IMG/VR virus record: IMGVR_UViG_3300020193_000024
Span: 1 to 57,504 of that record
Origin: a virus
Lineage: Duplodnaviria > Caudoviricetes
Reading direction: 5' to 3' (one strand)
Length of the DNA: 57,504 nucleotides
Positions 27,184 to 36,236 of this stretch are shown here, one piece after another. The number at the start of each line of letters is the position of its first letter. Position 1 is the stretch's first letter. A model generated the notes under the pieces. It saw only the letters and a list, made by a program, of their open reading frames with translations. It had not been told where the DNA came from and ran no database searches. A program made the translations under genes and the position numbers.

Positions 27184-27324
27184 ATGAGATTAAGTAACTT
27201 TTGGCTCATTAAGGCTAGAGAGAAAACTTTGTTGAAAATCGTTGAGTGGGCGCAGAAGAATGGGAAGAGGGTACAAACCCTAACCCAGGAAGAAGTGCGA
27301 GAAGCCCTAAAGTCTCAGCGTTAA
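27184..27324 (+). CDS. 46-aa protein absent from the ORF track
   Basis: MRLSNFWLIKAREKTLLKIVEWAQKNGKRVQTLTQEEVREALKSQR; fills gap and has a promoter. Confidence 0.6.
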   Translation: MRLSNFWLIKAREKTLLKIVEWAQKNGKRVQTLTQEEVREALKSQR

Positions 27325-27692
27325 GTTAACAAATACCAAGCTGACGTGAGTAAAGTGACGTTGTGTAGAAACTGGTCAAATCCTATGGACCACCAGAAGG
27401 GTGTTATTTTTTGATTCGTCCATAAGTAAGCATTTAACCGACTGGTGCAGTAGTCAATACACAGGTGTATCACAGCATTTATGATGATGAAATAGGCTAT
27501 CCCACTAGCTGGCAGATGGCCTAGATAGCCTTTGAACAAGCTCAGGCCCAGGAAAAGAACAGCAGTATAAATGCCGATGTGGATTAAGAGTGCCTTGTTG
27601 TCTTTGCTCTTGTTTTCTGCCATCCACCTGGACTGAGCAACAAAGTCTCCAACCCAATGTATGAACAAAACGGTTATCAAGATTATCAGCAT
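27321..27692 (-). CDS. DUF3307-family membrane protein
   Basis: HWVGDFVAQSRWMAENKS, H..IY, H..ID, GFDQFLH. Confidence 0.8.
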   Translation of the reverse strand: MLIILITVLFIHWVGDFVAQSRWMAENKSKDNKALLIHIGIYTAVLFLGLSLFKGYLGHLPASGIAYFIIINAVIHLCIDYCTSRLNAYLWTNQKITPFWWSIGFDQFLHNVTLLTSAWYLLT

Positions 27693-28278
27693 GGTGGCAA
27701 TATCTCCGTTTGTTTCGCCGTAAAAAATAGTCTGTTCTCCTTGTCAATCCACATAGGATGACCCTCCATGCTGTCATACTCTAACTCAAAGTACGTTTCT
27801 AATTTAGGTCGTTGAAACTCTTCCCACATTTTGTATTTTACCCTACTTATAGGGCCTTGTTTGGAAAAGTATTTGTCCAACTCACTTTGTTCATGCTGCC
27901 AGCCGATTCGACGTTCCGAAGCTATGATGTCTTCTATGGTCCTCATCATGAATACTACGGTCATCGGCAGTAAATGGCAATAGGCAGACAACATCGGACC
28001 TTGCATCACAAACCTTGTTGCTTGGCGGCACTGCCACATTACATCTATCAGTCTGTTAGGGTCGCCTTCGTCAAAGAAGCGATACTTTAATTCCGAAGCC
28101 AATATCTTAACATTACATCTATCAGTCTGTTAGGGTCGCCTTCGTCAAAGAAGCGATACTTTAATTCCGAAGCCAATATCTTAGCTGCAATGGTCGTGCC
28201 CGACCTCTGTGGTCCAGTAACCAAAACTCTCTCATGGCCCCCACTCCTCAGTCCAACGATAACGTCTTTAAGAATCAT
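27686..28278 (-). pseudogene. Sulfotransferase-like P-loop protein split by a 74-bp tandem duplication
   Basis: VLVTGPQRSGTT (PAPS 5'-PSB-like) and VVFMMR...DIIAS (3'-PB-like); removing one repeat copy gives a 172-aa ORF. Confidence 0.7.
28036..28183. repeat. Exact 74-bp tandem duplication
   Basis: 28036-28109 is identical to 28110-28183. Confidence 0.95.
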
Positions 28279-28924
28279 ATGGTAACTGAGCGTCAGTTTC
28301 TATTTTTTTGTACCCGAACAAAGGCGACAAGAACATACCGGCTACAATCATATCGGCACGGTAAAGCCCATGATTACCTGTGTCTCTCTCCAAACACATG
28401 AAGTTGTAGCCTTTTGCTTTTAGAGCCGCCTTCATGGGGAGGTATCTTTCTTCCCAATAGAAACAAGTATCATCTCTGCTGTGGATGAGCAGTATTTTGG
28501 TACTAGGGTGTTTGCAAGGAGGTAGCTTATCAGGCTCCAGAATAGCTCCAGAATGGCACAGGACTGCCGCAAAAGGGTGTTCGCTACGAGCGGCCACCTG
28601 TAATGCCACAACTGCTCCTGCGCTAAATCCCGCCAAGGCTGTGTTGCGTGAGGTTATGCCAAAGTTACGCCTAATCCTACTTAGGGTCTTAAAGACGTTG
28701 ACTACAGCAGCATCTATCCCGCTCACAGCAGCTTTTTGGTCCCCTGCCCCGTTAGGAAGCGGATACCATTGCCGGTTGGGTGGGGTGACTCCGACAATAA
28801 GGCTTTTGGTTAGCCCTGATTGCTTGTAGAGTTCCACCATCTCCTTGCCCGTACCGTCTCTTCCTGGAAGAGTAACAACACATCCTAAAGGTTTCTTCCG
28901 GGACCGCAGAATTCTATCAATCAT
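28268..28924 (-). CDS. Alpha/beta hydrolase (phospholipase/carboxylesterase family)
   Basis: QWY, LAGFSAGA nucleophile elbow, HSG, IHSRDD, GNH. Confidence 0.85.
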   Translation of the reverse strand: MIDRILRSRKKPLGCVVTLPGRDGTGKEMVELYKQSGLTKSLIVGVTPPNRQWYPLPNGAGDQKAAVSGIDAAVVNVFKTLSRIRRNFGITSRNTALAGFSAGAVVALQVAARSEHPFAAVLCHSGAILEPDKLPPCKHPSTKILLIHSRDDTCFYWEERYLPMKAALKAKGYNFMCLERDTGNHGLYRADMIVAGMFLSPLFGYKKIETDAQLPYDS

Positions 28925-28926
28925 AG

Positions 28927-29124
28927 TTAGTATGTTTTCCAGTAGTGGCGAACATCAGCGTTTTCGACGTAATAGCGGTGGCTTAGAACCCGAAGTTCTT
29001 CCTCCACGGCAATCTTTTGCCCCTCAGTAAGCTTAGCCCAATCTACAGTGGTTTGTAGGTATTGTATCCTTTTGAGCATTTTAGCGTCTTCTTCTAACCT
29101 CTCTTCGGTTATCATAAACTCCAC
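28927..29124 (-). CDS. Small hypothetical protein
   Basis: Tightly packed within the minus-strand operon. Confidence 0.55.
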   Translation of the reverse strand: MEFMITEERLEEDAKMLKRIQYLQTTVDWAKLTEGQKIAVEEELRVLSHRYYVENADVRHYWKTY

Positions 29125-30038
29125 TCCTTGTAAAAGTCGTAACGCTTAATTTGCCGAACTTTTTGAAACTCTTCCATTAGCGGCGACGGCAAGTATTCCT
29201 CTATCAATCTCAGGAATTTTTCACCCTGCCGAAGATTTGTTCTGTCGATTGCCGAACGCAAAGTCCTTACGTTGTAGGCATTACAATGGTGAGCGTTGGC
29301 CCAATCCGGTCTTGTGGCCCAATCATCGTCTATGGACCAAAGCTCTAGGTGCTGTTTAGTGTGGACGAACTGTACCACAAATTCACAGATGTCGTATACT
29401 AACCCAACCAGTCTAGGGCTAGCAAGCCAGAAATTGCCAAGGGTACGGTATTCCAGGCCGTGTGCCGGTCGGCGGTGTCTTCCTGCCTTGCCGTATAGTT
29501 TCTTTCTAGCAGCAGAGGTTGGGTCATGGTCTAAAAAGATAGAAGGAAGACCCAAGAACAGGTCCAGCATTCTAACCGCAAAGACCTGGTTGCATTGGTC
29601 CTTGAGCATGGTGCAACCAAGATGGACATGCCCACCCGCCGAACGGGAATTGGTCTTCTTGATAGTCCTCTCAGTGTTTTCATCCTCAATGTCAGTCATG
29701 GCGTAAGCACACCACTCAATCTTACATCCGACATTGCGTGCGTCAGGGTGGTTCATCTGGTTAGCCGGATAAACCTGAGACGCTTGAGGGACTAGTTTGT
29801 AAGGAGCGACCATCTTTGCGTAGAGCTTGAAGCAGTCCCGGAAATTGCACAGGACTTCTTCTTTGGTGCGGCCTGGCGCAATGCCACACTCGGCTAACAC
29901 GTTGTCGTAGTAGAACTCATGTCCTCCACAACAAACACGACGGTCTTTAGTGCCTTCGACAATGCCGATAGCGCTGTAGTGCTGATTCCCCTTCATCAGC
30001 ATGAATTCCGGGTCTGCACCCATAGTCCACTTAGCCAT
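29112..30038 (-). CDS. phiEco32-like COOH-NH2 ligase type 2
   Basis: MGADPEFML, DNVLAE, RSAGGHVHLG, LYGKAG.HR, GLEYRTLGNFW. Confidence 0.85.
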   Translation of the reverse strand: MAKWTMGADPEFMLMKGNQHYSAIGIVEGTKDRRVCCGGHEFYYDNVLAECGIAPGRTKEEVLCNFRDCFKLYAKMVAPYKLVPQASQVYPANQMNHPDARNVGCKIEWCAYAMTDIEDENTERTIKKTNSRSAGGHVHLGCTMLKDQCNQVFAVRMLDLFLGLPSIFLDHDPTSAARKKLYGKAGRHRRPAHGLEYRTLGNFWLASPRLVGLVYDICEFVVQFVHTKQHLELWSIDDDWATRPDWANAHHCNAYNVRTLRSAIDRTNLRQGEKFLRLIEEYLPSPLMEEFQKVRQIKRYDFYKEWSL

Positions 30039-30804
30039 TTTTATTCTCCACTGCTTCCCTGTGCCAATAAGGGAACAAAGACTTCATTTCCTGTTGGGAG
30101 AACTTGACAATACCCAAGTGGTTGTGCATTACTCCCACGGAAACTTTGGCAGGATAGTTAGCCTTTATGTCTCTATGAAAAATCTTGCGGTCGCCGAACC
30201 TCAAGATTCGCCTAATTCCTGGTAATGCATCAATAAGTTGCTTGCGGTCCTTGTTCTGGTAAGGAGTCACTTTTTTGTTGATAACGTCCAAAATGGTGTC
30301 TTCATAGTGTCGGCCAACCGTGTGAATGAACCCTATCCGCAAGAAAAGGGCGTACATTGAAATCATGGGCGGCGAAATCATCCACCTGCGACTGCCCTCA
30401 AGCAGCCATATCCCGCTGAGGAGGTACTGAGTTGGGGGGTTGGCACATTCGGTAGCCACTGTGGTTTTTAGTTTTAGCTCACGCTCAATCTGGTTAATGA
30501 AATCAAGACAGTTAGCGATTTTATGACGGAAGCGGCTGTCTTTAGCACAAGTAACTAGTAATCTGGTTTGTTTGAGGCACAACGGATGGTGTTTCTCAGG
30601 GTCATAAGTGAACCCGAAGATTTTTCTCTTAATCTGATGCAAACAACCCTGAATGGCGTCCTGCAAGAAGTCTTTGCAATAAACGAATGGACACACCTGT
30701 TTGTTGTCTTGAGATGCAAAGGCGTACTCCAGGCCGCTGCGATATACCTGGTATAATGTGGTCTTAGTGGTGTACCACTCGATTTTCTTTTTTCGACGCA
30801 TCAT
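30031..30804 (-). CDS. Hypothetical protein, first gene of the ligase operon
   Basis: 257-aa ORF; TTGACC-N17-TACATT promoter 6 nt before ATG. Confidence 0.7.
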   Translation of the reverse strand: MMRRKKKIEWYTTKTTLYQVYRSGLEYAFASQDNKQVCPFVYCKDFLQDAIQGCLHQIKRKIFGFTYDPEKHHPLCLKQTRLLVTCAKDSRFRHKIANCLDFINQIERELKLKTTVATECANPPTQYLLSGIWLLEGSRRWMISPPMISMYALFLRIGFIHTVGRHYEDTILDVINKKVTPYQNKDRKQLIDALPGIRRILRFGDRKIFHRDIKANYPAKVSVGVMHNHLGIVKFSQQEMKSLFPYWHREAVENKNG

Positions 30805-30849
30805 ATAGTTAATGTAACAGCGTCTTAAAGTCTGGTCAATAGACTAAAC

Positions 30850-30879
30850 AAAAAACCCCGGCTAGTGACCGGGGTTTTT
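30850..30879. terminator. Intrinsic terminator
   Basis: A6-CCCCGG-CTAGTGA-CCGGGG-T5; near-identical inverted copy at 48092. Confidence 0.85.
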
Positions 30880-30886
30880 ACTAGCC

Positions 30887-31660
30887 TTACTTAGGCCAGG
30901 TATCGAATGTCCTAATCGTCCAGAAGTCGTCTGCGAAGTCGTTCGACATGATGAAGTTATATGGCATCCAGAAGTGTCCCTTGAGGCCCCACCCTACACC
31001 CCAAGAATTGCGAATCTTGAATGCTTTTTTGGCGTTGTCATAACCAACCGCTAGTACAGCATGACCGCCTAGCATCTGCTCACCAGTTTTCGGCAATGGC
31101 ATCATACCACTTGTGAATGCCCAGTTGCCCTGTTCGAAGCTTTCGTAAACGGCGAAACCGAAACTGAACGGAAAACCTGATGCGATGCAAGTTTGCATGT
31201 CGTTTAGGCTAAAGTGGTTCACTGCCAAAGGTGTGCCAACCTTGTATTTGGCGGCATCTTTGACTATTGACTGATTTGGCTTAACGGCGAACTTGGCCGT
31301 GTTGTACCACCACATAGATTCGTGCGGTACGCCTGCGGTGTGACAAATTTTGATGGATGCTTGAATACTAGCACCAGTGTCCTGATTAACATTGGTTTCT
31401 ACAGCCCTGGTCCAGTAGTAAATAGCTAGACGAGACGGCATAAACCAATCATGACCTAGCTTCTTCATTAGAAAATGACACATAGCGCCATTAGCGTTAG
31501 CTGTACAACTTCCTAGATTCAACTGGTCGTATACCGGAGGGCATTGTGGTTCAAGGTCCACCATAGGCGGTAGCGCAAAACCATGTGGGGCCGTAAACTT
31601 ATGGAGTTTTGGGCTTGGTAGAGGCCGACGCCAACCGAGTTTTGATGCGATATTGCTCAT
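30887..31660 (-). CDS. Papain-like cysteine protease (C1A)
   Basis: DQLNLGSCTAN, GGHAV..VGYD, RNSWG..WG..G; SD AGGAGG; TAGATA upstream. Confidence 0.92.
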   Translation of the reverse strand: MSNIASKLGWRRPLPSPKLHKFTAPHGFALPPMVDLEPQCPPVYDQLNLGSCTANANGAMCHFLMKKLGHDWFMPSRLAIYYWTRAVETNVNQDTGASIQASIKICHTAGVPHESMWWYNTAKFAVKPNQSIVKDAAKYKVGTPLAVNHFSLNDMQTCIASGFPFSFGFAVYESFEQGNWAFTSGMMPLPKTGEQMLGGHAVLAVGYDNAKKAFKIRNSWGVGWGLKGHFWMPYNFIMSNDFADDFWTIRTFDTWPK

Positions 31661-31763
31661 GCGAGAATCCTCCTTGTAATGCAATGACAAAGTATCTATG
31701 CCCCTGAAAGCGTTTTTTTGAAATTATTTACGAAGTTATTTACGAAAACGATATAATATAGAC

Positions 31764-32234
31764 ATGGAAGAAACACGTTATCAAAAACGGCGTCGGCTTG
31801 GTGTTTGTCTTAGTTGTGAGGCGAAGGTGGTAAATGATACCTGCTATTGTCTGTATCACTTAAAGAAACAACGACTTTACCAAAAGAATTATAGGAAAAA
31901 AAAGAGAGAGGCCGGTATTTGCATTTGGCCTGGCTGCAAAGTGCATACTGGCACTAAAGCCTACTGTCTGACTCACCTTAATGAAATAAAGAGGCTGCAA
32001 CCTGAAAATCATAGTCCACCTTTAACAGAGGACGAATATACCAAGTTACTTGATAAACAAAACAACGCTTGTGCTATTTGTAAGTGTTCTGGCAAGTTGA
32101 TAATAGACCACGACCATTCTACGCTTGCTGTAAGAGGGTTACTTTGTGGGTCATGCAATACCGGCCTTGGTTGCTTCAAAGACAATTCAAAATACCTTTT
32201 GGCTGCAATAGAATACCTGAGAAAGAACAACTAA
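31764..32234 (+). CDS. Endonuclease VII-type (HNH) homing endonuclease
   Basis: QNNACAIC...IDHDH....VRGLLC..CN.GLG. Confidence 0.85.
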   Translation: MEETRYQKRRRLGVCLSCEAKVVNDTCYCLYHLKKQRLYQKNYRKKKREAGICIWPGCKVHTGTKAYCLTHLNEIKRLQPENHSPPLTEDEYTKLLDKQNNACAICKCSGKLIIDHDHSTLAVRGLLCGSCNTGLGCFKDNSKYLLAAIEYLRKNN

Positions 32235-32241
32235 ATAAAGC

Positions 32242-32556
32242 ATGGAAACGTTCCGGGAGTTCTTAGGGCAAGTTGAAAATGATTACTCCGACCACCAGGT
32301 TGTCAACCTTTATCTCAACGAACCAGGCCGAAAAATCAGCGAAATTGCTCAAGCAACCAACAAGTCGATTGGTGAAATTTACAGGATTTTGCACTCGTAT
32401 AATGTGCAGCCTAACCGTTTACGGACAAACCAACAAAATGTCATTGATTTCGCCACAGCAGGTATGGGAATATCTCAAATAGCCGAGTTGACTGGATATT
32501 CTTCGAGAAACGTTCGTTACATTCTTAACAAACTGAAATTGGAGAAAAATGCCTGA
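32242..32556 (+). CDS. CTS-like N-terminus plus tandem HTH domains
   Basis: METFREFLGQVE; ISEIAQATNKSIGEIYRIL and ISQIAELTGYSSRNVRYIL; TAAATA 4 nt before ATG. Confidence 0.75.
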   Translation: METFREFLGQVENDYSDHQVVNLYLNEPGRKISEIAQATNKSIGEIYRILHSYNVQPNRLRTNQQNVIDFATAGMGISQIAELTGYSSRNVRYILNKLKLEKNA

Positions 32557-33376
32557 TATAGTTAAGTTCTTTCTTTCAGGTGGAGCAAGTAACTCTAACC
32601 CAAATTTATCTTTGGGCGGCGTAATGTCGTCCGTAGAAATCGACTTCTCTGACCCACAAGACAACCTGTTTGATGACGTTCTTTCAGGCGATGCTTTGAA
32701 TGGGTATATCGACTACCGTTGTTTTTACATCATGAACGTGACCACCGGCCTTGACGCTGTGACTGTCCACAACTTGGAGGTACAGATAGATTCTGAGGTT
32801 TCGGGCGGCTCGGACATTGTTCTAGGGGATGATTTGTTGGATGATATGCAGTTGTTAATAATCAGTGGCACTCCTGACGTAAGTGCAAGTCCAAACGTGC
32901 TTTTCAACGTTCCAGGGTGGGGTGTATCCTTCCAAGCTTATTATGGCACAACGGGCATTCCTGCTGACGACATAGTTACTTTTGCCGAGAACATTCAAAC
33001 CGAGATGAATGCCCAGTCTGTTTTTACTGGCGTTACTGCTGTCGCTTTAGATGACATAACAATACTTGTCACTTTTGAGGGATTTCCGGCTAACCACCTG
33101 ATGCCACTTATTGATATAATAAGTGGAAACCTTGGTGGCGGTGCGACGTTAAGTGTGGCCAAACAGCAAGATGGCGGGCCTGTCCTTGTGACTGCCGAAA
33201 CCATACCTAATGAAAGGGTAACGCCATCCGTAACACTTGGTTTGACATCGCTGTCTATTGGCGAACTACAGGCGGGCGAGTATTTCCCTGTGTGGGTGAA
33301 ACGAGTGACCCCGCCTAACTCAGCCGCACTTCTGAACGATAACTTCGTTCTGAATGTGACTGGGGATTATCCATAA
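32549..33376 (+). CDS. Putative virion structural protein
   Basis: LSGGASNSNPNLSLGG, NLFDDV, YRCFYI.N, PVWVKR; acidic and beta-rich. Confidence 0.6.
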   Translation: MPDIVKFFLSGGASNSNPNLSLGGVMSSVEIDFSDPQDNLFDDVLSGDALNGYIDYRCFYIMNVTTGLDAVTVHNLEVQIDSEVSGGSDIVLGDDLLDDMQLLIISGTPDVSASPNVLFNVPGWGVSFQAYYGTTGIPADDIVTFAENIQTEMNAQSVFTGVTAVALDDITILVTFEGFPANHLMPLIDIISGNLGGGATLSVAKQQDGGPVLVTAETIPNERVTPSVTLGLTSLSIGELQAGEYFPVWVKRVTPPNSAALLNDNFVLNVTGDYP

Positions 33377-33394
33377 CCTTTACTCAGTTAAACC

Positions 33395-33946
33395 ATGAAG
33401 AAAATTCTTTCCATCGCTATTGTGTTACTGGCTGTGAGCCTTGTACACGGTCAGGTTGTAACTACCGAAAGAACTATAGGTGATTACAAGGAGGACTTAG
33501 AAAAAGTAACTAAGTATTCCAAGGAGGTTGGCAAACTAGCAACCTATAGGAGTGCTTCGTTTAAGAACAACAAAACAGGAGAGGTCAAGAAGTTTAACGA
33601 ATTGCCTGATTTTGAAAAGAACATTTTCTGTCTTTTCCAAAAGTTGAAATTTGAAGACAGCCTGAAAAAGCTGCAAGAGGATTGGGTTACTAACTTCAAG
33701 AAGCTCAACGCCGACGCCGACAAGGGGAAGGCCGACGACCCTGATACGGCAGTGGCCAAAGCCAGTCATGTGAGCAAGGCCCTAGATAGTCTGTTTGAGC
33801 TAAGGAAACAGGCCGCAGTGGATGCGGAAGCTACCTTAGAAAAGATTTTCAAGGACTTTCCCGACAAGTTTGATGAGAAGGAAAGGGAACTTACTCTCAA
33901 ACAGTTAAAAGAGATGCATGATAAAGAAAAGTTGATTAAGCGATAA
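33395..33946 (+). CDS. Exported helical protein
   Basis: MKKILSIAIVLLAVSLVHG|Q signal peptide. Confidence 0.75.
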   Translation: MKKILSIAIVLLAVSLVHGQVVTTERTIGDYKEDLEKVTKYSKEVGKLATYRSASFKNNKTGEVKKFNELPDFEKNIFCLFQKLKFEDSLKKLQEDWVTNFKKLNADADKGKADDPDTAVAKASHVSKALDSLFELRKQAAVDAEATLEKIFKDFPDKFDEKERELTLKQLKEMHDKEKLIKR

Positions 33947-34323
33947 TGGAAGAACATCCACCATTTAGTTCCCTTTACGAACTTCTGGATTATGTGATTA
34001 AACACACATCACCAGGCAGCAAGGTGTTTATGGGAACAACCCCAACCCCCATTAAACCATCTTGCCCTGCCTGTGGATGGACTCTTGCCGACATCGCTCA
34101 CCACGCACGCCTGGGTTGCGGTGAGTGTTACGAACACTACAAAGAAGAACTACTCCCCGTGATACTGCACGCTCAGAAAGCAGTTAGGCATGTCGGCAAG
34201 CATCCTAAGAACAAGCAGGAGTCACTAGAGGAATTGAGGGTACGACTAGCACACGCCGTCAAGGAAGAAAGATACGAAGATGCTAGTGAAATCAAAAAGC
34301 TCATCGAAAATTACAAAAACTAG
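33946..34323 (+). CDS. mcsA: McsA-like protein (Zn finger plus UVR domain), N-terminally short
   Basis: CPACGWT......RLGCGECY, H.GK.P, L..AVKEERYEDA..IK. Confidence 0.8.
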   Translation: MEEHPPFSSLYELLDYVIKHTSPGSKVFMGTTPTPIKPSCPACGWTLADIAHHARLGCGECYEHYKEELLPVILHAQKAVRHVGKHPKNKQESLEELRVRLAHAVKEERYEDASEIKKLIENYKN

Positions 34324-34883
34324 ATTTCTCGCCCGCTGATGAAGGCGAACAAGTCCTGAGCGGCAAAGGCGTTATTTGTAATCATTACACTAATGACAGT
34401 TTTCTCCGGGAAAGGAATCGCTTGCGGGAAAACGACATCTACAAATAATGAGGTCGCCGAATAGAAAGTCGTTACATGGGTTTTGTTAGCGGCTTGTAGC
34501 TGAACTTTACATGGGCCACCAGACGATGCGGCATAGAACCCCTTGAGAAAAAGGGTCTTGCTGTCTTTAACGGTGTAACTTATCGTTCCTACAGCCTGCG
34601 GCTTAATGTCTGGTGCGGTGCCGTAGTGATGGAGAACCCCGTCTTTCGTTTCTGCCGGTACAGCATCTACGGTTCCAGAAACAGGCTGAGTAACACCAGA
34701 ATTGTCAACTAGCAACCTTCCTTGGGAAGTAAGCTGCAAAGCTTCTTGTTGGCCGTCTGTGGGAGTAGGCAGCTTAGCGTTAAAGACGCCGCCGATAAGA
34801 GTGGACTTCTTTGCTGGAGCGCCAGGCAATACTGGTCCTTCTGTCATACCCTCAGTCAGTTGTGGAGTTTGGATGTCACCCAT
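34320..34883 (-). CDS. Hypothetical protein, possibly structural
   Basis: Beta-rich 187-aa ORF at the end of a late operon. Confidence 0.65.
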   Translation of the reverse strand: MGDIQTPQLTEGMTEGPVLPGAPAKKSTLIGGVFNAKLPTPTDGQQEALQLTSQGRLLVDNSGVTQPVSGTVDAVPAETKDGVLHHYGTAPDIKPQAVGTISYTVKDSKTLFLKGFYAASSGGPCKVQLQAANKTHVTTFYSATSLFVDVVFPQAIPFPEKTVISVMITNNAFAAQDLFAFISGREI

Positions 34884-34884
34884 A

Positions 34885-35202
34885 TTATGCTATACTAGTA
34901 CGAACTGTTTGCTTAATGTTTGCAGAACTTAACCCTCTACCCTTTTCGGGGGTCATGAGCTTCTCAATAACCAGGCCGAGAAGTTGTTTTTTTCTAGGGA
35001 TGCTGATATTCTTGAACTTAGCAAAGACCCTTTGTAGGAGGGATGCTAGTTGGGCATTGTGTAGTATTTCTTCGATTTCAGGCTGGGCTGCTTGGACTTC
35101 TGCTTCTTCTTGAGGATTGGTGCCAGTTACTGGGGCCTCTGGAGCGCTAACCCCTGCCTGGGGGAAACCTTCTTTGATTCGCCATTCTCTCAAGCTTAAC
35201 AT
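34885..35202 (-). CDS. Putative internal protein with CTS-like N-terminus
   Basis: MLSLREWRIKE|G. Confidence 0.6.
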   Translation of the reverse strand: MLSLREWRIKEGFPQAGVSAPEAPVTGTNPQEEAEVQAAQPEIEEILHNAQLASLLQRVFAKFKNISIPRKKQLLGLVIEKLMTPEKGRGLSSANIKQTVRTSIA

Positions 35203-35534
35203 TATTTTCCTCCCATGCTAATCCCGCCAAAAGTTGGTAGTTCGCCTGTATCAAGAAGCTTGGTTTTAGGCTTTTCTTCGCCCTCGCCATTGTCGTCTGC
35301 GGTCTTGACCTTCTCTAGTGCTTCTTGAACTCGACCGCCCCAACTACGCACTTGGTCTTCTCTTACACCAAGCAGTTCGGCCAGGGCATCAGCGTTGTTA
35401 GTGACACTAATGAAGTTATCCCAAAAGTCGTCACTAATGTTCATGCCGGTGCGTATCGCCATCATTGCTTTGGTGTCGGCGTGCTCCCGCTGTTGCGACA
35501 TATTCTCCCAAAGCTGTAGAAACGATACCATCAC
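35202..35534 (-). CDS. Putative internal protein with CTS-like N-terminus
   Basis: MVSFLQLWE; possible HTH LAELLGVREDQVRSW. Confidence 0.6.
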   Translation of the reverse strand: MMVSFLQLWENMSQQREHADTKAMMAIRTGMNISDDFWDNFISVTNNADALAELLGVREDQVRSWGGRVQEALEKVKTADDNGEGEEKPKTKLLDTGELPTFGGISMGGK

Positions 35535-35552
35535 ACCCGCCCTTCATGTTTG

Positions 35553-35879
35553 TTATGACAAGAAAATCAGCACGTCATTCAATGGGTCAGGTGGGTTTGA
35601 GCAATAAGTTTTCTTTAGGTAAACTGCCTTCAACCCCGACGCAGTAATGATAGCACCGTTTTGGGCACTAACGTTAAGTCCACCTGGAATTAGCTGGGCG
35701 ATATTCTCAACGCCTGGAATTAGTCCGGGTAGCCACGTAGTACGAGTGTTCGGTAAATTACTAGCCTCTGTAACGGTTTCATTACCTTCCAGCGATGTAC
35801 GACTCGGTTGTGACCAATCAACTGCCCCCACGGTGGGCAAGTTAACCTGGAATGTATAAGTTGGCCATAATGTTGCCAT
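35553..35879 (-). CDS. Hypothetical late protein
   Basis: TAAATA and SD AGGAGG upstream. Confidence 0.7.
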   Translation of the reverse strand: MATLWPTYTFQVNLPTVGAVDWSQPSRTSLEGNETVTEASNLPNTRTTWLPGLIPGVENIAQLIPGGLNVSAQNGAIITASGLKAVYLKKTYCSNPPDPLNDVLIFLS

Positions 35880-35904
35880 AGAATCCTCCTAGCGATATTT
35901 ATGC

Positions 35905-36210
35905 TTACTTGTTCATTTTCTTCTTCATGAACTTCTTCTTCTGGTCTAGCGCTCCAAGCCTCAGCATCTCGTCATGGTTCCTGCCGTCCTTGTCCTTGTG
36001 TCTAAAGCCGAATATCTCCTCCGGGGCACCCATATTCTGGCCAATTTCCTTGTCTTCTGGCTCCTCATCGTCCTTCTGCTGCCATTTGCTGCGTATGCCC
36101 TTCATGCCGTTGTTGCCGTCCTTGTAGTCGCCAACAGGCCCCTGGTCGAAAGTGTTCCCTACGTTCAGTTGATTATGCTCCAGGTTGTTCAGCCATTGAC
36201 GAAATTTCAT
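35905..36210 (-). CDS. Putative internal protein with CTS-like N-terminus
   Basis: MKFRQWLNNLE; TAAATA 5 nt before ATG; KKFMKKKMNK tail. Confidence 0.7.
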   Translation of the reverse strand: MKFRQWLNNLEHNQLNVGNTFDQGPVGDYKDGNNGMKGIRSKWQQKDDEEPEDKEIGQNMGAPEEIFGFRHKDKDGRNHDEMLRLGALDQKKKFMKKKMNK

Positions 36211-36236
36211 AGGTGTATTTAGTTCACAAAAGATAA

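Noticed and set aside
28036-28183. CRISPR repeat or att site
   Set aside because: Two adjacent copies with no spacer, and the unit is coding sequence
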